Origin: Macrostomum lignano
Lineage: Eukaryota
Reading direction: 5' to 3'
DNA length: 64,000 bases
Assembly: GCA_002269645.1 (NCBI GenBank)
Contig: NIVC01001769.1
Location: forward strand, 124,001-188,000
In this document: one piece after another, positions 20,701 through 31,700 of the stretch
Position numbering within the stretch: the stretch's first letter is position 1
How the letters are laid out: each line of letters begins with the position of its first letter
Notes under the pieces: model-generated
What the model was told of the DNA's origin: nothing
Seen by the model: the letters and a program-made list of their open reading frames with translations, nothing else
Databases searched by the model: none
Translations under genes and position numbers: made by a program

Positions 20701-23700
20701 AATCCCTGGCTCCCAGTCGGAGGTCAACCGACTCAAAGAAGCATTCGAACGTGGCGAAGATCCGTTTGCCAACGCAACAGACGGCCGAGACGTGAATGCG
20801 GCAGCTGGTGTGCTCAAATTCTACCTGCGGGGCCTGGAGGAGCCTGTGCTGCCATCCAGGCTATTTGACGATATGTTGGAATGCACCAAGAAAGACTCAA
20901 TTGCAGATACTATTGTTAGACTGAGGGAGATTTTCCAGCAGCTCAGTCCGAATGTTTATCGAGTGCTCAGGTGATTTTTTGGATGGTCTTGTTTGTCTAA
21001 CAGCAGGAAATAAATCGTTTGGCAATAGTAGATAAATGTCACGTCAGGTTAAATAAATGCTGTCAGAAATATCAAGTAGGAGTCAGATTCGGTTGAGGTG
21101 AGAGTCAGGTGAGGTTGATGTGAGAGTCTGGTGAGGTTGAGGTGAGAGTCAGGTGAGGTTAAGTTGAGAGTCAGGTGAGGTTAAGTTGAGAGTCAGGTGA
21201 GGTTGAGATGAGAGTCAGGTGATGTTAAGATGAGAGTCAGGTGAGAGTCAGGTGAGATTGAGGTGAGATTCAGGTGAGATTGAGGTGAGAATCAGGTGAT
21301 GTTGATGTGAGAATCAGGTGAGGTTAAGGTGAGAGTCAGGTGAGGTTAAGTTGAGAGTCAGGTGAGGTTGAGATGAGTGTCAGGTGAGATTGAGGTGAGA
21401 GTCAGGTGAGATTGAGTGAGGTGAGAGCAGGTGAGATTGAGGTGAGAGTTAGCTGTTGGAAAGTCGAGCGAGAGTCGATTTAAGTTGATGGTCGACACTT
21501 AATATTAACTTCTAAAATTAGGTTTAGGATTAAATTAAGGTTAAGATGATTGCGACAAAAAATCCAACAATTTCACTTTCAGATTCCTATTTGCCTTCCT
21601 GAACCACCTGTCCTCATTTTCGGACGAGAATCTCATGGACTCGTACAATCTGTCAATCTGTTTAGCTCCGTCCTTCATGCCGGTGCCTCAGGGCCGCGAT
21701 CCTGTAGTGTTTCAAAGCTCGCTATCGCACCTGATGAAGCTAATTATCGAGCACGAGTCCGAGATTTTCAATAGGAAGGACGTGTCCGGCCCAGTGTATC
21801 ACAAGATGATGGACGATGACTTTGAGAATGAGGACGAGGAAGACCAATCGCTGTCTTCGGAGATTGGTGAGCGCTTGAATTGTAGTTGAATAACGATTAC
21901 CTGTGAGAGTCAGGTAGGATTACCGGTGAGAGTCAGGTGGGATTACCTGTGAGAGTCAGGTGGGATTACCTGTGAGAGTCAGGTGGGATTACCGGTGAAA
22001 GTCAGGTGGGATTACCGGTGAGAGTCCAATGAGATTACCGGTGAGAGTCCGGTGAGATTACCGGTGAGAGTCAGGTGGGATTACCGGTGAGAGTCAGGTG
22101 GGATTACCGGTGAAAGTCAGGTGGGATTACCGGTGAAAGTCAGGTGAGATTACCGGTGAAAGTCAGGTGGGATTACCGGTGAAAGTCAGGTGAGATTACC
22201 GGTGGGAGTCAGGTGAGATTACCGGTGAGAGTCAGGTAGGATTACCGGTGAGAGTCCGGTGGGATTACCGGTGAGAGTCCAATGAGATTACCGGTGAGAG
22301 TCCGGTGAGATTACCGGTGAGAGTCAGGTGGGATTACCGGTGAGAGTCAGGTGGGATTACCGGTGAAAGTCAGGTGGGATTACCGGTGAAAGTCAGGTGA
22401 GATTACCGGTGAAAGTCAGGTGGGATTACCGGTGAAAGTCAGGTGAGATTACCGGTGGGAGTCAGGTGAGATTACCGGTGAGAGTCAGGTAGGATTACCG
22501 GTGAGAGTCCGGTGGGATTACCGGTGAGAGTCCAATGAGATTACCGGTGAGAGTCCGGTGAGATTACCGGTGAGAGTCAGGTGGGATTACCGGTGAGAGT
22601 CAGGTGGGATTACCGGTGAAAGTCAGGTGGGATTACCGGTGAAAGTCAGGTGAGATTACCGGTGAAAGTCAGGTGGGATTACCGGTGAAAGTCAGGTGAG
22701 ATTACCGGTGAGAGTCGGGTAGGATTACCGGTGAGAGTCAGGTAGAATTACCGGTGAGAGTCCGGCGAGATTACCGGTGAGAGTCAGGTGGGATTACCGG
22801 TAAGAGTCAGGTAGGATTACCGGTGAGAGTCAGGTGGGATTACCTGTTAAAGTCAGGTTGGATTACCTGTGAGAGTCAGGTGGGATTACCAGTGAGAGTC
22901 CGTTGAGAGTCAGGTGGGATTACCGGTAAGAGTCAGGTAGGATTACCGGTGAGAGTCAGGTTGGATTACCTGTGAGAGTCAGGTTGGATTACCTGTGAGA
23001 GTCAGGTAGGATTACCGGTGAGAGTCAGGTGAGATTACCGGTGAGAGTCAGGTGGGATTACCGGTGAGAGTCAGGTGGGATTACCGGTAAGAGTCAGGTG
23101 GGATTACCGGTGGGAGTCAGGTAGGATTACCGGTGAGAGTCAGGTAAGATTACCTGTGAGAGTCAGGTGGGAAAACCGGTGAGAGTCACGTGGGGTTACT
23201 GGTGAAAGTCAGGTAGGATTACCGGTGAGAGTCAGGTAGGATTATCGGTGAGAGTCAGGTAGGATTACCGGTGAGAGTCAGGTGGGATTATCGGTGAGAG
23301 TCAGGTAGGATTACCGGTGAGAGTCCGGTGGGATTACCGGTGAGAGTCAAGTGGGATTACCGGTGAGAGTCAGGTAGGATTACCGGTGAGAGTCCGGTGG
23401 GATTACCGGTGAGAGTCAAGTGGGATTACCGGTGACAGTCAAGGTGACATTACCTGAGAGCTACTAGATGTATGAGCGAGTTTATCCAATTAGCTAAATT
23501 TCCAAAACGGTGCTACAATGCTTCACACACCGCAGACCTGTCCGAGTGCAACTACATGGTCACCGCCAAGTATTCGTTCCAAGCTCGAACGCCACGGGAG
23601 TTGAGCTTCTCCAGAGGCGACGTGCTCACCATACTGAGCCGGATCACCTCCGAGTGGCTGCACGGCTGCAACTCAGCTGGCAAAGAGGGCTACCTGCCCG

Positions 23701-24386
23701 ACGCCTACGTCACCAGACTGTTGCCATCATCATCCGAATCTATTGAAGCTGATCAAGTATCCATGTCGGTGTTCTCCACCGCCTCAACGCCAACTGCCTC
23801 CTCAAACTTGGCTGCAGTTGACGTGGACGAAGGCGCCGGCGATGCAGCTGCAGCCAGCTCGTCGCCTTCATCAATATCCAGCATCACTGCTGCCGCTAAT
23901 ACTGTTGCTGCCAAAGACAGTCCAACCAAATCTGAGCCAACTCAGTCTAGCCGCGGATTAGATGAAAGCGATATATCCGTATCAATGCCGGCTAAGCTAA
24001 ATAAGAATACTACTACTAGCAGTAGTAGTAGTGCTAATGCTACAGCTGGCGGCGCCAAAGCTGGTTCGGAAGCGTCAACGGAAAGCATCGACCAAGCGTT
24101 GCAAGACGTTATCGCCGGTCTGGAGTCCCTGACCTACGACACCGAGTCGCCCTACGCCAATCCGCAGGAGCTGCTAAATGCCAAGATGCATCTGCCTGCA
24201 TCGAAGCGAGCTCCGGATCTTGTTTCCGACCTGCCGAATCCTGCGCAGTCTGGCGAAATTGCTGAAGGTGGCGCAACCACCGCCGCAGACCAGTTCGCTT
24301 TGGAGGGCCATGCGGACACCCTGCTGCGAGCGCATCGGCCTACGCCGCCTAAGGTTGGACCCAAGCCTGTTAAACTGGCTAAGTGA
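14793..24386 (+). CDS. SRGAP: SLIT-ROBO Rho GTPase-activating protein-like (F-BAR, RhoGAP, SH3); 5' exon not identified
   Basis: Exons 14793-15352, 17448-17731, 19332-19642, 20101-20479, 20701-20970, 21583-21866 and 23536-24386; all GT-AG and phase-consistent. F-BAR LRVQFTEQ...EFYRRRAEIE...RNDYLLQLESAN. Arginine finger GVFRIPGSQSEVNRLKEAFERGEDP. FLFAFLNHLSSFSDENLMDSYNL. SH3 AKYSFQARTPRELSFSRGD...YLPDAYV. AATAAA at 24482. Confidence 0.93.
15357..16330 (+). repeat. 31-bp minisatellite (srGAP intron)
   Basis: CTCAGTTGCTGGGACAATAGCCTCCCAGAT(C/T), starting a few nt after the splice donor. Confidence 0.95.
16790..17435 (+). repeat. ~26-28-bp minisatellite with CACTTCCGGT core
   Basis: TCTTCACTTCCGGTTTTT(T)AATCTTG repeated up to the acceptor at 17447. 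Confidence 0.9.
17837..18381 (+). repeat. 23-bp minisatellite
   Basis: CTAAGAATCGCCCTCAAACAGGT tandem copies. Confidence 0.95.
18868..19255 (+). repeat. ~28-29-bp minisatellite, left arm of an inverted pair around srGAP exon 19332-19642
   Basis: TCTATGTACATTGGGGAGTGAGGTGGTAG. Confidence 0.93.
19669..20070 (-). repeat. Same ~29-bp minisatellite in reverse orientation, right arm
   Basis: CATAGACTACCACCTCACTCCCCAATGTA is the reverse complement of the 18868-19255 unit. Confidence 0.93.
21090..21450 (+). repeat. ~22-bp minisatellite
   Basis: GAGGTGAGAGTCAGGTGAGGTT and variants. Confidence 0.9.
21896..23455 (+). repeat. 23-bp minisatellite with 253-bp higher-order repeat
   Basis: GATTACCGGTGAGAGTCAGGTGG. 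Variant GTCCAATGAG recurs at 22026, 22279 and 22532 (11 x 23). Confidence 0.95.
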
Positions 24387-24599
24387 ATAAGACTTAAATG
24401 CATGGTATCAATGCAATGCATTGTGTAGACCAATAGTAGTTAATCATTTTCTTCCATCCGTAGCGTCGTTATTCTTGTGCTAATAAATCAATTTTCATTT
24501 GGTTACATAATCATTGCCCTTGTAACGAATGAGCATTCATTTGACTTCCAGGTGAGTGTTATAATGACACTCTTGAGGTAATCCCTAATAATGCCATGT

Positions 24600-25520
24600 A
24601 CCCTATTAGGTACCCTAAGAGATGGCAGATACCCCACAAGGTACCCTGGGAGATGACATACCCTATGCTATGAGGTTACCCTAGGAGATGATAGATACCC
24701 CACAAGGTACCCTAGGAGATGATAGATACCCCACAAGGTACCCTAGGAGATGATAGATACCCCACAAGGTACCCTAGGAGATGACAGATACCCAAGGTAC
24801 CATAGGAGATGACAGATACCCAAAGTACCCTATTTATTATTTATTAGAGGCAGGGGGGTTGTGTGCACCCTGGCGCACTTTAAGCGGCATAGGCACACAA
24901 CCGGCGAGAGGCATTACTGCCCATTCCGCCGACTCCCCTGAGCAGGCATACAAGCGCGCGGATACGTACGCAGGCACACACTCACACAGGAGTGTACAGC
25001 GGCCCTAACTTTATTTTATCGTTAGGCATGTACACTTCACTGCGCCTTGGGGGGGTTGACTCTCAAGGCCGTTAATTGCACGAGCAGAGCCAAGCCGAGA
25101 TTCCAATTCAGCCCCAAATTAATGTGACTGCACTTGGAATCGAGCCTGGGTCGCTGGCACACCAGAGCAGCTGCGCTACCGCTGGGCTACGGCCCCCCTT
25201 GCCAAAGTACCCTAGGAGATGACGGATACCCAAGGTACCTTAGAAGATGACAGATACCCAAGGTACCCTAGGAGATGACAGATACCCAAGGTACCCTAGG
25301 AGATGACAGATACCCAAGGTACCCTAGGAGATGACAGATACCCAAGGCACCCTAGGAGATGACAGATACCCAAGGTACCCTAGGAGATGACAGATACCCA
25401 AGGTACCCTAGGAGAAAACAGATACCCCACAAGGTACCCCAGTAGATGACATACCCTATAAGGTACCCTAGGTGATGACGGATACCCCATTAAGTGCCCT
25501 AGGAGATGACAGATACCCTT
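24600..25520 (+). repeat. 28-bp minisatellite interrupted by a SINE
   Basis: GTACCCTAGGAGATGACAGATACCCAAG on both sides of 24833-25201. Confidence 0.9.
24833..25201 (-). mobile_element. tRNA-derived SINE
   Basis: Minus strand starts GGGGGGCCGTAGCCCAGCGGTAGCGC (A box, 25179-25189), has B box GGCTCGATTCC (25136-25146) and ends in AATAAAATAATAAA. 13-bp target duplication CCAAAGTACCCTA at 24820-24832 and 25202-25214. Confidence 0.9.
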
Positions 25521-26249
25521 GGATGATGCCTACCCCCGTGTGTCTCCAGTGCTAAAGTGCTAAAACAAATTTCATAGCCTAGATTGAATTAGTAAATTAA
25601 AATACAATGCTCATTTTCCTAAGCGATTTGGCCAATTTGATTCAAATGTTTATTTTGTTTGTTTATCTTAAAACAGAACATAAGAATCATAGCGCCAGTG
25701 TTTTAACAAAATTTATTTGTCCTGGCTTATTTTGCCTCAGCATTCCTAGTTTTCCACTTGATAAAATCGCTATATGTTAACCGCTCAACTCTGTTTTGTT
25801 AGCGATATGTTGCGAAATCAATTTCATAGAAATTTCACGTTGGTTTTTGCGACTAAATTATTTCACTAATTTCTACTACTTTTAGTAGGTCAAAAGAACA
25901 AAAGTTCTTCCGAATTTTCATATTTATTAGTTTCCCGGTTTTTTAATTCAAATCAGCTTGTAAGCAAAACTTTTTTGCTGTTGAAATTTATTGTTTATCG
26001 GTGTATACAATAAGCATATCAGTCTGTTAATATAATTATTCAAGCCTTGCCCAGTAAAACTATTTATTGTTTTTTGTATTTGCATATCAACGGTCATTGT
26101 TGGTTATGTTTTTATCTAATGATATTTTTCGTTTACACTCGGTTGTAATTTCACTTTTTGACTCTGTGTTCTTTTGGTGTTTTGTGTCTTTTATTATCAA
26201 ACCGATTAACTTCAGGCTCAATTCATAAATCCAAGCTCAAATTAAATTC

Positions 26250-27065
26250 TTTCTGACCAACCCTGCCCCCAACGTACAATCTCTCTGACCAACCCTACCC
26301 CAATGTACAATCTCTCTGACTAACCCTACCCCAATGTACAATCTCTCTGACTAACCCTACCCCCAATGTACAATCTCTCTGACTAACCCTACCCCCAATG
26401 TACAATCTCTCTGACTAACCCTACCCCCAATGTACAATCTCTCTCTCTGACTAACCCTTCCCCCAATGTACAATCTCTTACCAACTCTACCCCCAATGTA
26501 CAATCTCTCTCTCTGACTAACCCTTCCCCCAATGTACATTCTCTCCGAGCAACCCTACCCCAATGTACATTCTCTCCGAGCAACCCTACCCCAATGTACA
26601 TTCTCTCCGAGCAACCCTACCCCAATGTACATTCTCTCCGAGCAACCCTACCCCAATGTACATTCTCTCCGAGCAACCCTACCCCAATGTACATTCTCTC
26701 CGAGCAACCCTACCCCAATGTACATTCTCTCCAAGCAACCCTACCCCGATGTACATTCTCTCCGAGCAACCCTACCCCAATGTACATTCTCTCCGAGCAA
26801 CCCTACCCCAATGTACATTCTCTCCGAGCAACCCTACCCCAATGTACATTCTCTCCGAGCAACCCTACCCCAATGTACATTCTCTCCAAGCAACCCTACC
26901 CCAATGTACATTCTCTCCGAGCAACCCTACCCCAATGTACATTCTCTCCGAGCAATCCTACCCCCAATGTACATTCTCTCCAAGCAACCCTACCCCAATG
27001 TACATTCTCTCCGAGCAACCCTACCCCAATGTACATTCTCTCCGAGCAATCCTACCCCCAATGTA
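26250..27065 (+). repeat. 31-bp minisatellite
   Basis: CAACCCTACCCCAATGTACATTCTCTCCGAG; the left part is the variant CAATCTCTCTGACTAACC. Confidence 0.95.
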
Positions 27066-27804
27066 CATTATCTTGCACCTGAACTCCAGAACAAAAATAA
27101 CTTTTCATTTTATTTATTTTATCACATTTATACTTGAAAACCTTACTAATTGCACATATCCTGATTATGACACGTTTAAGGCAATTTTATTTTATAAATT
27201 AAACTAATAAGGTAAATGCAAGCTGATAAGCATGCGTGCGATTATCAGTGTGCTTAGCATTCCGACTTCATGTTTTCCAGTAAGACTTTAGGATCGAATT
27301 CAATGTCCTAATGTGTTTTATGACTGCATGATTGTAATTTTTGTTTATATCTTAATCGATTTTGTTTTAACAAAGTGACCAGTTTGATTTTTTTATCATT
27401 AACTATCCTCTTTCAGGATCGTATTGAGTTTGTTATAATTTTTTCAACACTAAACTTTCAATTTTTTCATGCATGCTTTTTAGCTTTTTAGTGTTTTATT
27501 AAAATTTGCACGATGGTGTAATATTGATGTAGTTATGTATACATTTATTTTTTTAATTGTGAAGCAAATTTTTGCTTTTATAATTTATTAAAACGATAAC
27601 ATATTTATGTATAATTTAAAGTGCGATCTATCCATATAATATACTCGTCATATATTTACAGTCGCGCTTTTTAAAGAACAAAAGCATGTTTGGAAAGAGA
27701 TTTTTATAAAATTTGCTGCGTGCAGTTCTCGCTTATTGGTCGTGTGTTTTTCAGTACCTGACGTATTGATTTGGTATATCGTCAGATATAATGTCCTATT
27801 ATGT

Positions 27805-28300
27805 TGGTCAGGTCATCTGACCCAATGGCCTATAAATATAGTTGGTCATCTAACCCAATGACCTATCAATTTCGTTGGTCTTCTGACCCAATGACCTATT
27901 TAATTGGGTAGGTCATCTGACCCAGTGACCTATTCGATTGGGTAGGTCATCTGACCCAGTGACCTATTAATTTCGTTGGTGTTCTGACCAATGATCTATA
28001 AATATAGTTGGTCATCTGACCAAATGACCTATTAATTGGGCAGGTCATCTGACCCAGTGACCTATTAATTTCGTTGGTCTTCTTACCCAATGACCTATAA
28101 ATATGGTTGCTCATCTGACTCAATAACCTTTTAAATTTGGTAGGTCATCTGACCTAATAACCTTTTAATTTGGTGGGTCATCTGACCCAGTGACCTATTA
28201 ATTTCGTTGATCTTCTAACCCAATGACCTAAAAAATATAGTTGGTCATCTGACCCAATGAGCTATTAATAATTGGGTAGGTCATCTGACAGGTCATATAA
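27805..28300 (+). repeat. Degenerate ~30-35-bp minisatellite
   Basis: GGTCATCTGACCCA(A/G)TGACCTAT(T)AA units. Confidence 0.85.
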
Positions 28301-28795
28301 AAGCTATTTCACCTGGTTGTTGATAGCTTATTAAATCATCTTACAGTTCATCTTCAGCGACTGTATTTGTATAAATAAAGTATCTTATAGTTTGCATCTT
28401 AATGTATTCAAGCTATCCTACTTACGCTGGCACTGATCAGTAGTATCATCAGCTGACTATAGTAAACGCATTTATATGATGAAATCAGTTCATTGGCTCT
28501 CCCACCAGCCAATCGGACGAAACCAGCGCAGAGTAGAAGACAGGCGGCAGTCCCACGCACAAGCAGCAAGAGCTGGCATTTCTTCTACCCTAGAAACTGA
28601 TTAGAATGCCAGATCCCGGATCCTAGTAATTCATTCAAAGACAAATACCGGTTCGCCCAAATGAAAGATTCCCAGTGGCCTTCAACTGGCACATCCATTG
28701 TTAGTCAGCAGTTGCAGCCGCAGGTGGGCGCGCACCAGGAGCAGAGTCGGAGATCTTCTAGTAGCAGAAGACCGCGCCAGCCTCTAGTGAAGAAA

Positions 28796-31700
28796 ATGCT
28801 GAGTCCAATCAGTTTCCTTTGGTGCCTGTTGTCGATTCTGTGCGCCGGTGTGTCGTTCTTCTGCTTCCTGCAGCCGTTCTGGATTGTGGAGCCCCGCCGG
28901 CCCCACTGTCTGGGGGTGTTCAGCTTCTGCGTCAACGCCATCGACTTGCCGCATTTGCGCAGGCAGAACTCCGGCGAGGATGGCGGCACCGTGTGCGGCG
29001 TGTACTCCGGAGAGTTCTCGTTTGCTAATCTGCCGTCAGATGCTTGGAGGGCGACCTGCGTTCTGTTCGGAGGCGGCTGCCTGCTGCAGTCGCTCTGCGC
29101 TTTGGTTGCCGTGGCGGCGTTGTTCCTGCGACCCGGAGCTGACAGGCTGGCGGCCAGGGTGGCCGGCTGTGTCCAGGGCGTGGCCGGTGAGTTTGCTGAC
29201 TCGGCTGAATAAGTGTCAGGGAGGGTGGCTCAATAAGTGTCAGATAGGGTGGCTCACTAAGTGTCAGGGAGGGTGACTCACTAAGTGTCAGGGAGGATGG
29301 CTCACTAAGTGTCAGGGGGGGGGGTAGTTCAATAAGTGTCAGGGAGGATGGCTCACCAAGTGTCAGGGAGGATGGCTCAATAAGTGTCAGATAGGGTGGC
29401 TCAATAAGTGTGAGGGAGGATGGCTCAATAAGTGTCAGATAGGGTGGCTCAATAAGTGTCAGGGAGGATGACTCAATAAGTGTCAGGGAGGATGGCTCAA
29501 TAAGTCTCAGGGAGGGTGGCTCAATAAGTGTCCGGGAGGATGGCTCAATAAGTGTCAGATAGGGTGGCTCAATAAGTGTGAGGGAGGATGGCTTAATAAG
29601 TGTCAGATAGGGTGGCTCAATAAGTGTCAGGGAGGATGTCTCAATAAGTGTCAGAGAGGATGGCTCAATAAGTCTCAGGGAGGGTGGCTCAATAAGTGTC
29701 AGGGAGAATATCTCAATAAGTGTCGGAGGATGGCTCAATAAGTCTCAGGGAGGATGGCTCAATAAGTGTCAGGGAGAATATCTCAATAAGTGTCGGAGGA
29801 TGGCTCAATAAGTCTCAGGGAGGATGGCTCAATAAGTGTCAGGGAGAATATCTCAATAAGTGTCGGAGGATGGCTCAATAAGTCTCAGGGAGGGTGGCTC
29901 AATAAGTGTCAGGGAGAATATCTCAATAAGTGTCGGAGGATGGCTCAATAAGTCTCAGGGAGGGTGGCTCAATAAGTGTCAGGGAGAATATCTCAATAAG
30001 TGTCAGGGAGGATGGCTCAATAAGTCTCAGGGAGGGTGGCTCAATAAGTGTCAGAGAAGGTTTCTCAATAAGTGTCAGATAAAGTGGCTCAATAAGTGTC
30101 AGAGAGGGTTGCTCAATAAGTGTCAGGGAGGTTGACTCAATATCTAGGTGTCAGGGGGAGATAACTAGAAGTTGTTACTGTTGCGATGCAGTTTAGTTTA
30201 AGTGTCAGGGCAGGGTTGGCCGTGATTGTATCCTAGCTTATTTTCTGAAACTAAAATATACCTTAAACGAATGCAATGCTTCTAAACCATTTCGCATGAG
30301 GACTATATTGCAGGTGTGCTCCATTTACCAGTTAAATGCGGGTGAATATTGCATTATTGAACGTGGATCTCCGTCTCATATCCATAATTGGCCCTTCTAA
30401 ATGTCAATTATATAAGAATTTACTGAGCAGCAGGTCACCGCAGGCAGGAGAAAGATCTACCAATTTGATTAGCACCTCAAAGCTCAGCCGAGAAGGGTCT
30501 CGTGCGTGTAGTCTGACTCAAGTGACTTGCATTGCATTCATAACCAAGCCATGCAGGCTATTGTTAACCCCTTTCAGAGTGGAGCGTAAGGGTTCAAGGG
30601 TCTGACTGCGCAATAGAAAATTCTAGACTATACTATAGACGTATCAAAATTATCAATTTTCGTGATCTCATTGTGACTGCTGGGCCAGTAAGGATAGTCT
30701 ATGGTTTAACGTGACAATGCCTGCCTGTGATACTTTGACTTCGTGCTTAAGGAGGGGGGTTCGACTCGATTTTAGAATTCGATTGTGCAAGCTGGTTGCG
30801 CAACATCTTAATGCCCGCATCTTTGACTTTGAATTCCCAATGAGCCTCTTCAACCCTAACGATGCCATTTTGTTATAACCATGCCCATAAAATAACACCG
30901 GAAATTTACTTTCCTAAACAAAGAGCTGTTTAAGAGCCGTTCCTAAACAATCTACCAAGTTCATCAACCATGCAATTGTAGCCAAATGCATCGCTATGAG
31001 ACGCCTATAGTTTGAGCAATTTGTAGAATGTAACAAAAATTGGAATTGAACGAAAAATGTTAATAGAAAATGTCTTTAAAATCGAACACTTACCAATGAT
31101 TTGTTTACGCGGCTTGCAAAAGGCTGCTTTTTTCGATACATTCTTTTATATGCATCTTCATTTGAACTGTAACTTTAAGGTCGGCATTTTTTTTAATTAA
31201 TGGGCAGATAGAGAATCTCGCACATGACCGCGGGACAGGGAGAGGAGGGAGGGGAGATGAGAGAGAAGAGGTGAGAGACAGGATAGAGAAAAGAAGTGAG
31301 AGAAGGAAAAGAGAGAAGAGGAGAGAGGAGGGGAGAGAGGAGAGGTGAGATAAGGGGGGAGAGGAGAGGTGAGAGGATGGGAGAGAGAGGAGATGAGAGA
31401 CGAGAGGTGAAAGGCAAAGTGAGAGGAGATTTGAGAGGAGAGGTGAGAGGAGGGGTGAGAGGAAGGCAGAGAGTAGAGGGGGGATGAGAAAGGAGAGGTA
31501 AGAGGAGGGGAGGGATTGAGATCGAGATGAGAGAAGAGGGGAGAGAAGAGAAGAGAGCTGAACAGGGACACAAACTTTGAGCGGGGCCGGATTGCTGGAT
31601 CGGATTGTAGCTCGTAAAGAATGAATTCGAAACTTTCCCTTTTTGGCGGCACCAGCGGCCATAAGAGGATGTGGTCTGTAAGAAGAGAGTTTCTGGTCAG

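Noticed and set aside
25130-25200. tRNA gene
   Set aside because: Has A and B boxes but continues into a 250-bp body and an A-rich tail with a target duplication, so it is a SINE head.
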